From Eledone cirrhosa (taxonomy: Eukaryota), in contig OZ024741.1 in the NCBI GenBank assembly GCA_964016885.1, positions 48,298,001-48,362,000 of the forward strand: DNA of 64,000 bases, written 5' to 3'. The position numbers and the translations under genes were made by a program. The notes under the pieces are model-generated. The model was not told where the DNA came from, did not search any database, and saw only the letters and a program-made list of their open reading frames with translations. Below are positions 1 to 10,189 of this stretch, in pieces (position 1 is the stretch's first letter; each line of letters begins with the position of its first letter).

Positions 1-21
1 GCCTAAATCAGAAACCATTAT
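1..21 (+). mobile_element. 3' tail of a SINE (same family as 4259-4486 and 15432-15605), cut by the window start
   Basis: GCCTAAATCAGAAACCATTA is identical to the SINE tail at about 15584-15603. Confidence 0.5.
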
Positions 22-376
22 CAAGCTGGTGTTTTGAACATAACTTAACAAAAGTTTCTTAAAATTAAGATGGAAGGATGAAATTTGAATATAAATACTT
101 TATATTAGAGGGTTTCTATTATAAAACTGGAGGTGGTTTTAGGAGGGCAGGTCACAAAAGTGTTAATGATTCTTCAGTATCAAATATTAGTTGACTGGCT
201 TATGGTGCAATTGTCATTCAGCCAAGAGCAATGGTGTAGGATTTGAACCCACTATTCCAATTAATCAATATGGGGACCTCTAAGTAATCCCTCAACCTGT
301 AAGAAATAGTTGTGAAATCTTTCTCAAATGACACACGGCTGTCTTAAAAAGGGAAAGGGACATTGGATATTGTGAA

Positions 377-650
377 GGCATATAGCCTAGTGGTAAGGGT
401 ATTGGAATTATGATCATAATGTGGATTCAATTCCTGGACTGGGTTATGTTCTTGAGCAAAATGCTTCATTTCATGTTGCTCCAGTATAATCAGCTGAAAA
501 TGAGTACCAGCAATACACCGGGGATTTAACTTTGTGATGGACTGGTGTCTTGTCCAGTGAGGAAGTCTTGTACTCTCAGTCACTTCATGCCATGGGATAG
601 CAGATAAGCACCAGTCTGATGAGCCTTTGGGCTTGAGACTGACTTTAGAC
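377..650 (+). mobile_element. tRNA-derived CORE-type SINE, degenerate
   Basis: A-box-like TAGCCTAGTGGTAAG, B-box-like GGATTCAATTCC, then CORE-like TTCTTGAGCAAAATGCTTCATTTCATGTTGCTCCAGTATAATCAGCTGAAAATGAG. Homologous to copies at 8805-9405 and 11797-11940. Confidence 0.75.
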
Positions 651-917
651 ATTGGATGCTGCAGACATAAGCACACTTTCTGAAAATTATGGGATGTTTC
701 ACAGCTGGAATGACTTGGTGTTTGATCATAATTCTGTTCAGTTAGAACTGACCAGGAGTGAGACAATAACAGCAGCAATAACAGCATCTATTGCAGAGAT
801 AAACCTCCAGCTATTGCTGGTACTCATTTTCAGGTGGACTGAAGTATTGGAAAGAGCATAACTATGGTCATTGTATAGTACCAGTTACAGATAACTACTA
901 AAACTTTGACTATTTGT

Positions 918-1030
918 CTGGGGTTCAATCCTACTCTATGGTATTTTAGTCAAGTGTCATTTATCATAGCCTCAGATCAACCCATGTCTTGTGAGTGAAA
1001 TTGTGTAGATGGAAACGGCTTGAATCCTGT
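918..1030 (+). mobile_element. SINE fragment (second tRNA/CORE-type family)
   Basis: GGTTCAATCC B-box followed by CAAGTGTCATTTATCATAGCCTC...TTGTGAGTGAAATT. Related inverted copies at about 10190-10465. Confidence 0.6.
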
Positions 1031-1128
1031 CAGGTGGACTGTATTTATAATTCAAAGGGCTAGCCTTGGCACACACTGTGTCATGCTGAATCTCTCTGAG
1101 AATTATATTAACCCTTTAGCATTTTCAT

Positions 1129-1130
<2 letters not shown>

Positions 1131-1184
<54 letters not shown>
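1131..1184 (+). repeat. (CT)27 microsatellite
   Basis: Perfect dinucleotide run. Confidence 0.98.
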
Positions 1185-1188
<4 letters not shown>

Positions 1189-1287
1189 TAATAGTAATAA
1201 AATTGAAGACTAAAATCCAAAGAGGGCTCGATAAGGAAAATATATATCAAATATATAAGAACCATAGAGCAAATATTTATTAAAATA

Positions 1288-1363
1288 ACAGATTAAAGTT
1301 TAAGCAAAGAATCACTGCTTTCACCCTTAACGGGATCTTCTGAAACTAACAAAGTCAATCTGT
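1288..1363 (-). ncRNA. Type I hammerhead ribozyme-like motif (variant core) in the PLE pLTR
   Basis: Minus strand: ACAGAUUGA-cuuuguu-AGUUU [CAGAAGA] U CCC guuaa GGG U [GAAA] GCAG ugauucu UUGC [U U] AAACU UUAAUCUGU. Stems I, II and III all pair around a CNGANGA/GAAA/UH core. Confidence 0.65.
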
Positions 1364-2266
1364 AAACGCAGAACTGGATATTTCAAAAAACGTTGCAACC
1401 GGAGGAAGACAGGAAGACGATACTTTGGTTCGTGGAAACATTTGCTGGGAAAAAAACGAATAATACGTCATTAATAGGAGCGGTGAAAAACAATTACGCG
1501 CAAAGACAGAACCACGTTTATGGTATAAAAGAGGTCGTAGACTAATGTTCTCTTAGGTGGTGCATAGAGACGTTATCTGGCGATGAACGAAAAAACGAAG
1601 ATAATAAGTCATATGTGGAGCGTGGAGAACAATAGCACGCAAAGACAAAACCACGTAAATCGTATAGCAGAAGTTGTAGACTAAAATTCTAACTAGGAGA
1701 CCAAATTAATCTCCGCTACAGAGTTAAGAACAAAGTAAATAAATACAATACAGAAGTAATAGAAACAAATAAATACATACACGCAAACAGATACGTACAT
1801 ACACAAGCATACGCAAAACCTTACGATAGGTATACAAAACCACGCACATATAAATGTGTGTGTGTGTGTATGCTTGTGTACAAATAAATAAATAATTATA
1901 TAAGCGTATATAAGTAAATAAATACATATATAACAAGCGCACACACATACCTACAAATAAATACACGAATGTTCGGAGACGTAAGTCAACTAAAACAAGA
2001 AGTACACATATACACACACCCACCATACGTACGAACCTGCATACTCACGCAGACGCAAAACTCCCGTATACACATAGCCAAACCCTAAATACCAGAATAT
2101 GTAAAAATTCTACGCCATAACAGTCAAATATACGTACGAGAAGGTATACATACCTTCACAAAACATACGGGTAATATATACTTACCTATGCAAATAAGTA
2201 AAGGAATAAACAAAACATATACTTAGCTCCCACATCAAGACGTAAAATATCCACGTATAGATCGTT

Positions 2267-3134
2267 CTATCCGTTAGGGTATAACATGGGGCTGTAATAC
2301 AGGAAAGTTTTGTGCAATTTATGTTTACAAGCCAAAAGTGCCTCAGATTTTTTGTTTAAGATGTGGTCTGTGGCGTAGAGTATTTCCAGGGCCTCAGCGG
2401 CGCAAAGGTCACATGGTCTTTTATTTCCGTTATACGATCTAGCCCTAGCTAGGATCTCCCAGTGTAACTCATATTGGGTGTGGTTGTCTTTTAGACTCCA
2501 GATATAAGCTGAAAGTGATGTCATATTCCTTCTTAGAGGGTAACGAAAAGAATGGGTATGCATGTAAAGACGCTGCTTGAAACTATTGGCGGTTAACCCT
2601 ATGTAGGCCCTACGGGACGTGGGTGTTACAACCTTACATTTGTAGACAATGTTACTAGAGAGGCATTTCCCGGATAGGGGGCAATCAGCCCGATTCCTAC
2701 AATTACAGTTAGTACTAACTACAGGGTTGCACATGTTCCTACGGCTAGGTAGTTTGGCTAAATTTGAAGCTGTGATGTTATGTGCAAGGTTAGGAGTCGT
2801 AGAGTAAGAAATTTTAATAGTATTTCTATTAAAAATTTTACTATATTTATGTGTAGGGGGAAAATGCTTCGTAATAAGGGAAAGAAAGATCTTAGCTAAT
2901 GGTGTGGCCACCTCCATATTATATGGTGGGTTAAACCAACAAATGCGACGGGATCTATTTCTTCTAGGTCTATTTTCGTACTCTGTATATGCTACCTTAT
3001 TGACAAATCCACTTCGAGCAAGAGCTTCATTGTAATAAGTGGAATGGTCGTTGAAAATGCGCTCGTTGGTGGAAAGACGGGAAAGCCTCAACGAAACGTT
3101 TTTTACCAGATTCTTGGTTATGCTGGCAGGATGA
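2267..3134 (-). CDS. C-terminal part of PLE polyprotein: RT thumb/linker, Cys-rich linker and GIY-YIG endonuclease (5' truncated, RT core absent)
   Basis: HPASITKNLVKNVSLRLSRLSTNERIF...WFNPPY...IFNRNTIKISYS...CNCRNRADCPLSGKC..NIVY..YIGLT..FKQR..H..CDLC..E..LNKKSE. The frame stays open upstream of the tracked start (3091) to the junction at about 3134. Confidence 0.92.
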
Positions 3135-3178
3135 AAGCAGCGATTCTTTGCTTAAACTTTAATCTGTTATTTTAATAA

Positions 3179-3203
3179 ATATATATATATATATATATAT
3201 ATA
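3179..3203 (+). repeat. (AT)12 microsatellite
   Basis: Perfect run abutting the PLE 5' end. Confidence 0.95.
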
Positions 3204-4258
3204 GAATCATATTTTCACGGTAAAGGCTTTACCTCACATAATATCGTATCTATGAGATTTGATATTATTTGATGTTATTTATTTTGAGAACAATACCTTA
3301 ACATCAGTATGAGTGACTAGTTATTGCTGGTTTGAACAGAAAGAGGTGAGAGAATTCTGGCCAGATACGGCCGGTTTAAATGTTAATGGGCTAATGATGC
3401 ACATGTCTGTGGAATGCTCAGTCACTCGCATGCCAATTCCATGATCAAAAATTTTGAATGCTCAACGTTCAACTGATGCAGTTTTATTCCTTGTTTGATA
3501 TCATACTCGCATAATTTTCAAGGTTTTCACTTTTCAAGTTAACCAGACCTAAATTATGTAATAACATCCTTATTGACCATAAAACTATATTTTTTGTCAT
3601 GATGTCAGTAATATCATAGGTTGTAAAATTGCGTTGTTGTTTAGTCATTAATGCTGGAGCCAGAAGGGAGGGGGGGGGGGGCCTCAGCTGTTTAAATTTA
3701 TAGTAAAGCACCTGCTAGGGATCACTAAGAAATATATTTTTTCTCCTAGGTTTTTCGTGTTTTCAACTAATCTGGCCTCCAACAAAAAGGAGTTATTGGC
3801 AAGTGAGTTGGATGTTAGATTGGTTGGAAACAAACAAAAAGAAAAACTAGCAAAAAAAACTCTGGGAAAATCCAATTCCATTTTCGGAAATTGGAAATAA
3901 AGTCAATTGCGAACATGTCGGAGGTCATATTAGTTGAAAACACACGAAAAAACATTAAAAAAAATTCTTAACAAACGCCAGCGGGTGCTTTTCTATAAAT
4001 TTACCAAAAAATGGAGAAGGCTGCAACAGTTTGTGATTAATCAAGCCTTTCATCACATAAAGCAAAATTTGGTGTAGATTCCTGAAATGAAGGACATATG
4101 AGAAAAACAACATAATTTCACTGCGATTTTTAAGGTCAATGATGTTATAATTGTAATACTATTTTGATATTGATATTGTTTATACACACAATAAAATGGA
4201 ATAAATATATACTTTTATATACTCTGTTGTCAACTGAGGTATATAGTGCTTTGAACCA

Positions 4259-4486
4259 AGGGCGGTGGATTGGCAGTATCGATGGAGCGCCAGACACCAT
4301 GTTTTGCAGCATTGAATTACGTCCCTTTACGTTTTGAGTTCAAATTCTGCCATGGTTAGCTTTGCCTTTCATCCTTATGGGGGGGGGTGATATAATGAAG
4401 TACCAGTCATGTACTGGTGTCAATTTAATTGACGTTCCCCTTCCCTTCAAATTGCTGGCCTTGTTCCAAAAGTAGAACAGTTATTA
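4259..4486 (+). mobile_element. tRNA-derived SINE (GGCGGTG..TGGCAG / GAGTTCAAATTC family)
   Basis: A/B-box-like head, CTTTGCCTTTCATCCTT body and GCTGGCCTTGTTCCAAAAGTAGAA tail. Homologous to fragments at 15167-15605. Confidence 0.75.
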
Positions 4487-4550
4487 CAAGTGAACCAAAG
4501 TTCAATGACATCTTCTTTTTTAAGCTTATAGGCCACAATTGGAGCATTTA

Positions 4551-4687
4551 CTGTATATACTTGAATATAAGTCGACCCCACTAATTATGTTTGAGAAATG
4601 GGCAAAAATTCAAACCTTATTTATGTAGAATTTGAAGTTGTGAAAATTGTCAAAATATTGACCCTGCGTATATTCAAGTATATATGG
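4551..4687 (+). mobile_element. Tc1/mariner (Tc2/pogo-like) MITE, copy 1
   Basis: TA|CTGTATATACTTGAATATA ... TATATTCAAGTATATATGG|TA: about 19-bp TIRs with a TA TSD. Confidence 0.8.
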
Positions 4688-5266
4688 TAATTAATTCCTT
4701 CAATTTTTTAGTTGAATTATCCAATGACAAAAAATAGCAATTTTTTTTTTTATCAAATATATACAAAATATATTAAGCAGATGGGTTAATATTATTTTGG
4801 GATTGAGTCTGTTTTTGATTTATTGTTAATCTTGAGTATTTAAAGTATTTATATAACTTAACTGCCACCAACTTGAGATTTGAGATGTTGTAAATTAGAT
4901 TATCCTTGCTATTTAATATAGATTTCTCTTCAGGTTCTCTTGTTCTGCTAAATGACTTTAGCACTCAGTTTTGCTATTCCCTCGAGAATCATCTTTGGAG
5001 GATAACACACCGTTTATATTTTTGATGAAAGTTCTATTCTATATTGCAATCAGGAAATTGATGCCGATTACAGCGTCACTTAAATAGAAATGTCAGAGAT
5101 TCATGTAATCTTTTCTTTATAGGCTTGATTACTCCCATCACCACAATGTTTTGGGACCTCAGAGACTAGAACACAAATTGTTGTAACATTTCAGCCACAT
5201 AATTGTCATATATGTCACCTTGTTTGAAGATATCCTAAGATATGGTTGACCTTTTGTCTTTTCCAG

Positions 5267-5393
5267 CTATTGTCTCACCAAACAGCTGGTATCAAGGCTG
5301 CTACAGTGTAAAGGAGATCTCATCAAGTCTATCAGTATGGCTCTCAGACAATTGGACTCTATTAAACTGCACTCAAAGATGTTTCCTGCAGGA
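5267..5393 (+). CDS. Candidate internal coding exon of an unidentified host gene
   Basis: TTGAC branch-like motif plus CTTTTGTCTTTTCCAG acceptor; GGA|GTAAGT donor; one open frame YCLTKQLVSRLLQCKGDLIKSISMALRQLDSIKLHSKMFPAG; non-repetitive sequence. Confidence 0.45.
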
Positions 5394-6225
5394 GTAAGTT
5401 CATTACTGTTATTTTTTCTTTCTTTTCTTTTGTTTTTAAATTTTAGATTTGATGGTATTAACATATAATTCTACAAGAATTACATGTTTTAGAAAAATAA
5501 TAATAAAATAATGATGTTGATTATAAAAATAATGATAATTTTAATATAAGTATTTTTTTTCTGTGGTAGAATTCGATGTAAATATCAACTATGTATATAA
5601 TTAATTTTTCAAGTAAAAGGCCACATATTTATAAAGATGGTGGGTGAGATTGTGTGACATTCATGATCTTAAAGGTTGTATTGTACTGGCTTTTCAAAGA
5701 ATTCAAACCATACTATTTATATAATTAATAGAAATATCTTCTAAAATAATGTCTTTAAACTGTATTCATATTTTACTTGCATAGTTACAGTAATTACAAT
5801 TAAACATATATAATTATATTTTAATTTTATTACTATTTTATTTTGATACATTAAGTTTGTTTTGGGTTATATTTAGGTTTTAAATATATAAAATATCTCT
5901 GGTTTATTTTTGCCACTCACTTCATTACTTAAATGGATACCATGTCAACTTCTTGACTTGCTGTTGAGGTTTTATCATGTTATTGGCACATTGTGTTTTT
6001 GAACAACTCACTTGCTTATTGAAGTAGGCTCAGTTATTACTGCTGTTTTTTAGTTTCAAGAAAATTCCGCTCAAATTCTGATCAAAGGCATTTATCAGCC
6101 ATCTCCATCACATCTTTATGTGTTTCTGACATTACATTGTTTAATGTGTAATCCCTTTTTTTAAAGATATCTAGAGTGTAAAAATAGATTTGGCTGCTAT
6201 TTCATGCAGATTGAGCAACTATATA

Positions 6226-6405
6226 TTGTATACACTCAAATATAAGCTGAGGAATATGTGATAAAAAATTGATGGTAGACGCTTATATTCGGTGTCAATA
6301 TTTCGATGATTTTCACCAACTTTAAATTCTACATAAATAAAGTTTGGATTTTGCCTATTCTCAGGCCAAAAATAGTGGGGTCAGCTTTTATTCAAGTATA
6401 TACAG
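6226..6405 (-). mobile_element. Tc2/pogo-like MITE, copy 2 (inverted)
   Basis: TIRs TTGTATACACTCAAATATAAG / TTTATTCAAGTATATACAG. Interior is the reverse complement of copy 1 (AAATTCTACATAAATAA, TAGTGGGGTC). Confidence 0.75.
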
Positions 6406-8312
6406 TTATTTCCCCTGGCTGTATAAATCAGAAACCATTATCATTACTATCATTTTCAGTTTGTGCTTTAGTTGGTGAATGCGTGTTTTTTTTTAGTGTT
6501 TTATTCGTAATATAATGGATTGTTAGTTATAGTCAATCTTGGGTAGTAACTATAACTATAGTAACTTATAACTCCACTGCATATAATTATATAATTATGT
6601 GTATGAGTGTGTAATAGGTATTTGGCAGCCATATTAATTTGTAAAAGCCTGTCATTTCATCATTTATTTTAGTTATTTGTCATTCATTTTTTTTTTTCTA
6701 TGCACAGATTTTTCTATCGAGGATTATTTTCTATAGTTTTGGCATTGAAATATGTTGTAGTAAAGTGGTTAATTTGGGCTGCAATTTTTTTTTTAATCAC
6801 TTATACTGCTCCTGTTACTTATACATATTTATTTTATGGCCTAGTCAGGATGAAAGGACAGTATCTATGGCATTGACAACCCCCTCCTCCTCTGATGGTT
6901 GAGATTGATACAAATGATGTTCAACCTCTGCTGCAAAAGTATATGTGAGTGGGCAGGGGATAAATTCTAGAGTGTTGATATCCTGCCAAGGAAGAATTGG
7001 ATAAAGTGATTAGTGTGTTTAAAGACATTTAAAATGTTTTAATTGTAGTCAAGAGCTGGTTGACTTGTAAAGAATTTGGAAATTTGAAAATATTATTGCT
7101 ACTATGCAGATAACTATAATGATAGTTGAATAAATTGAATTAAATACACATGGAGATGGAAAAGAATAGACAGAAACACCTGTGAATAATTGAAACACAT
7201 TGAAAGATGTGTGGTTTGATTTTCATAGGCATTGGCCCATTTTTTCCATCTTCAGGTATACATTACCCAATTTATTCAACTATTATTATTATACTTATCT
7301 GCATAGTGGTAGCTATATTTTCAAATCTTATTGTAATGTTGAATGTAGATGTATTGATCAATGATCTCCTGTCTGATTCTATGTTTAATATCCTGCTACT
7401 AAACAACAGTTTAGTGTTTCAGTCAGTTTTATTAACTTGTAAAATCCTGTTATGGTTTAGCAGAAAATATCTATTTAAAAAAAAAGGAACACGTTTGTTA
7501 ACTTTTAATATCTTGTATCACATGAAACCACAGAAGTAAGTACAAAACAGCACTACGAGTGCATCACATTAAAAAATGATAGTCTTTTTTCTAATGCTGC
7601 AGATTTTCACAACAATCTGTTTACTAATAGACATTTTAATTAATAAACCTGTTTTTAGACATTTTCTACTAAATAATTACAGAATGTTAAGAGTTAATCT
7701 ATGTTGAGTATTTGCTTTAAATGATTTACTTTCCCATCCATTTTTAATTTTGAGGTATTTTTTTTCAAACCTTATTTTCCTTTTGTTGCCACTATTTCTT
7801 TGCCCTTTGGGTCTTCATTCTGTGGTACAGTATTATTCCCAACTTTAACTCTCGTATTTCCCACTCTTTAATCTTGTATCCTTTTTTTATGGTTCCCTAC
7901 TATTTACAATAGTTTTATATTTTCTTTAAAACCGTGGCGTAGCATGGGTCTTACTTGCCCTGTGCTGTAGCCTAATTGATGCTCTCTTTCTTAAATTACA
8001 GTAAACACAATTTGTCATAAGTGGCTATCCTATGTAGTCTCTGGATGCCCCATGCTACATCACTACTTTGAAGTATATCTCTAATTTAGTTGTTTTATAA
8101 TTAGGTTCTACCTGTACTTCTGCCATATAATTTCTTTTCATGTAAAATTTGTAGACATATACCTCTAGGTGGTGTTCTCTATATATCTCAAGCAGTTTCC
8201 TTGTATTGGTATCCAATGTCACTCATTTTCTTGTTCATGTGAAAACTATATAATAATAATAGTACATTTATTTCACCCTTAACACTAAATTTACTTGCCA
8301 TATCTACTTTAA

Positions 8313-8750
8313 TTCTTTAGCATTTAAACCGGCCATATCCGACCAGAATTGTCTCTCCTCTTTCTTTTCAAACCGGCTGTAACCAGTCACTTATACTGAT
8401 GTTAAGATATTGTTCTCAAAATAAATGATATCAAAATCTCTTAGATTAGATATTATGTGAGATAACAGAGGTGCTGGAAGCATTCTTGGATTTTTGGGGG
8501 AGGGGTGTGTGCAAATTTGGTCCATTTAGTTGTGATTAGTTTAGCTCTTTACACTCTAAAATGGTCAGAAAACTTTGATATGCGATAAACATAACATGTA
8601 CATAAAAATTGTAGTACATATACAAACAGATGTGTGTTTTGGTAGTTTGGGGAGAAAATCTATAATTTTTGAGGGAGCCATGGCACCCCTGACCCCCACC
8701 CCCTAGATCTACTGCTTTAACCGTGAAAATATAATAGTAAATATAGAGTT
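8313..8750 (-). mobile_element. Second copy of the piggyBac-like MITE (inverted), interrupted at 8466-8714
   Basis: TTAA|TTCTTTAGCATTTAAACCGGCCATATCC... aligns to the reverse complement of 3204-3390. Alignment stops at 8465 and resumes at 8715 (CTTTAACCGTGAAAATAT). Confidence 0.7.
8466..8714. mobile_element. Putative small DNA-transposon derivative (CAG...CTG ends, G-rich left and C-rich right subterminal regions)
   Basis: Defined as an insertion within the MITE above. Termini CAGAGGTG / GATCTACTG; TIRs are degenerate. Confidence 0.4.
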
Positions 8751-8804
8751 AAACTTATTTTACTATATCATTTTATGGGCGATTTTACCTTTTTTTAATA
8801 TTTC

Positions 8805-9405
8805 TGTGGTCTAGTGGTTAGGGTGTTTGACTAACGAGCATAATGTTGTGGGCTCAATTCCTGAACTGGGTGGGGCTCTATGTGTCTAACACACGTGGGC
8901 ATGTCTACAAAGTCAGAAAACAGCACAGCTTCCATGACTTTCGGAAACATTTTTTCACGCTCAGAGTTGCTGAAGCATGGAACAAACTACCTGTATCAGT
9001 TGTTAGCTGCCAAGACACTGTATCCTTTAAAATCTCCATCCTTCCTGAGATTCGCCAACACTACACCTAATACTCCCCCTCCATACACACGCACACATGT
9101 ATATCATGACTCGTAAACTATTCACTTCCCTGACATTTATATATATATTCTATGTACTATACATGCACCTTTGATGAGTTGTAGTGCACCTGAGCACTCT
9201 ACACAATGATTTCATTATTATTATTATTAAAACACTTCACTTGACATTGCTCCAGTACACTCAGCTGAAAATGACTACCAGCAGTAACTGCGAGTTAACC
9301 CTATGATGGACTGGCATCCTGTTTAGTGGGAAGTCAGTTAATTCCAAGGAAACCAGGATAACTTCCTGCCTGATGAGCTTCTGGGTTTGGAAGCGATTAA
9401 CTTGT
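8805..9405 (+). mobile_element. tRNA/CORE-type SINE split by a LINE fragment (8805-8877 and 9229-9405)
   Basis: Head TGTGGTCTAGTGGTTAGG...GGCTCAATTCC; CORE-like part resumes AAACACTTCACTTGACATTGCTCCAGTACACTCAGCTGAAAATG; colinear with 377-650. Confidence 0.75.
8878..9228 (+). mobile_element. 3' end of a CR1-clade LINE (ORF2 C-terminus, 3' UTR, (ATT)n tail)
   Basis: Peptide NTRGHVYKVRKQHSFHDFRKHFFTLRVAEAWNKLPVSVVSCQDTVSFK matches the CR1 ORF2 terminal TRGH...FF..RV...WN.LP..VV.....FK motif; stop at 9070; (ATT)5 tail ending at about 9228. Confidence 0.85.
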
Positions 9406-9769
9406 TTATTGCCTTATCCCATATTTCACAATTCAAATGTTTGCTTTGACCATTTTCTATTATATGCAGCTTTGGTACATTTTTCTATCCCAAATTCCAC
9501 CTTTGTCTTTGTTGGACATTTGGATAAGTTTATTAAATCAAGCAAACATTCAATATGTTTGCTTGATTTAACAATTTCACATCATCCATATATTCTATAC
9601 CTTAGTGGGTTTCCATTTTGTTACTACATGGCTTTGGGGTTTTTTTTTAAAGTCATGTCAGGGTTCAAGACTCTCTTCCTGCTATTTCAAGCGTTAAAGT
9701 CGTTTGCTTTGTTATTTCTGTTTATCTTTCACATACATGTGTATATATACATTGTGTGTGTATGTGTGT

Positions 9770-9940
9770 TTGGTTTCAATCATTGGAATGCAGCCATGCT
9801 GGAGCTATATTTTCAAGGGTTTAGTCAATCATATACTAGTGCATACCAGTGTTTATTTCAGTCAGATATCTATTTTATCAAACTTTAGTTGTTGAACCAC
9901 TAAGTTACAGAGGCATAACACAAACAGCACTAGTTATTTT
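9770..9940 (+). mobile_element. Interspersed repeat (SINE-like), degenerate
   Basis: GCCATGCTGGAGC...TTAGTCAATCA motif shared with a second copy at about 12235-12385. Confidence 0.5.
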
Positions 9941-10039
9941 TATAAAGCAATCAACACAGACATAATATATATATTTATGAAATGAAAGAATGGAATGAAA
10001 CTGTGTTTTGATGATAAATATTACAGTTGTTTGATCAAT

Positions 10040-10166
10040 AGAATAGCCTGCTTGTGAAATCAATGTGGAAGTGACTAAGCATTCCACAGATATGTGTACC
10101 ATTAACATAATTCTCAGGGAGATTCGGTATGATATAATGTATGACAAGGATGCCCTTTGAGTTACA
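10040..10166 (-). mobile_element. Uninterrupted copy of the repeat that hosts the MITE/PLE nest
   Basis: Reverse complement reads ...GAATCTCCCTGAGAATTATG TTAA TGGTACACATATCTGTGGAATGCTTAGTCACT..., matching 1088-1111 joined to 3395-3427. Confidence 0.7.
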
Positions 10167-10189
10167 GATACATGCCATCCAACAGGTTT

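Larger units (their letters stand above)
1185..3182 (-). mobile_element. 5'-truncated Penelope-like retroelement (PLE) with long 3' UTR/pLTR and an inverted partial pLTR at the 5' end
   Basis: GIY-YIG ORF on the minus strand; 54-bp inverted repeat 1273-1326 / 3129-3182; hammerhead fold at 1288-1363; visibly more CpG than the flanking DNA. Confidence 0.88.
1112..3390. mobile_element. piggyBac-like non-autonomous element (MITE) interrupted by a Penelope-like element
   Basis: TTAA|CCCTTTAGCATT (1108-1123) ... AATGTTAATGGG|CTAA (3379-3394): CCC/GGG-ended TIRs with a TTAA-type TSD. Body 3204-3390 matches the inverted copy at 8313-8750. Confidence 0.75.
1045..3450 (+). mobile_element. Interspersed repeat split in two (1045-1111 and 3395-3450) by a TTAA-site insertion
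   Basis: The joined halves align with the reverse complement of an uninterrupted copy at about 10040-10166, whose single TTAA is at 10102-10105. Confidence 0.7.

Noticed and set aside
615-645. CTGATGAG hammerhead-like motif in SINE tails (also near 9370)
   Set aside because: No GAAA after the hairpin and no stems I/III; it is an ordinary SINE 3' stem-loop.
344-2026. Short ORFs at 344-787, 652-861, 1020-1283 and 1693-2026
   Set aside because: They overlap SINE, (CT)n and low-complexity PLE UTR sequence, with no recognisable domains.
6845-6950. Second coding exon ending at GTGAGT
   Set aside because: All three frames from the nearest AG acceptors contain stops, and the acceptor context is weak.
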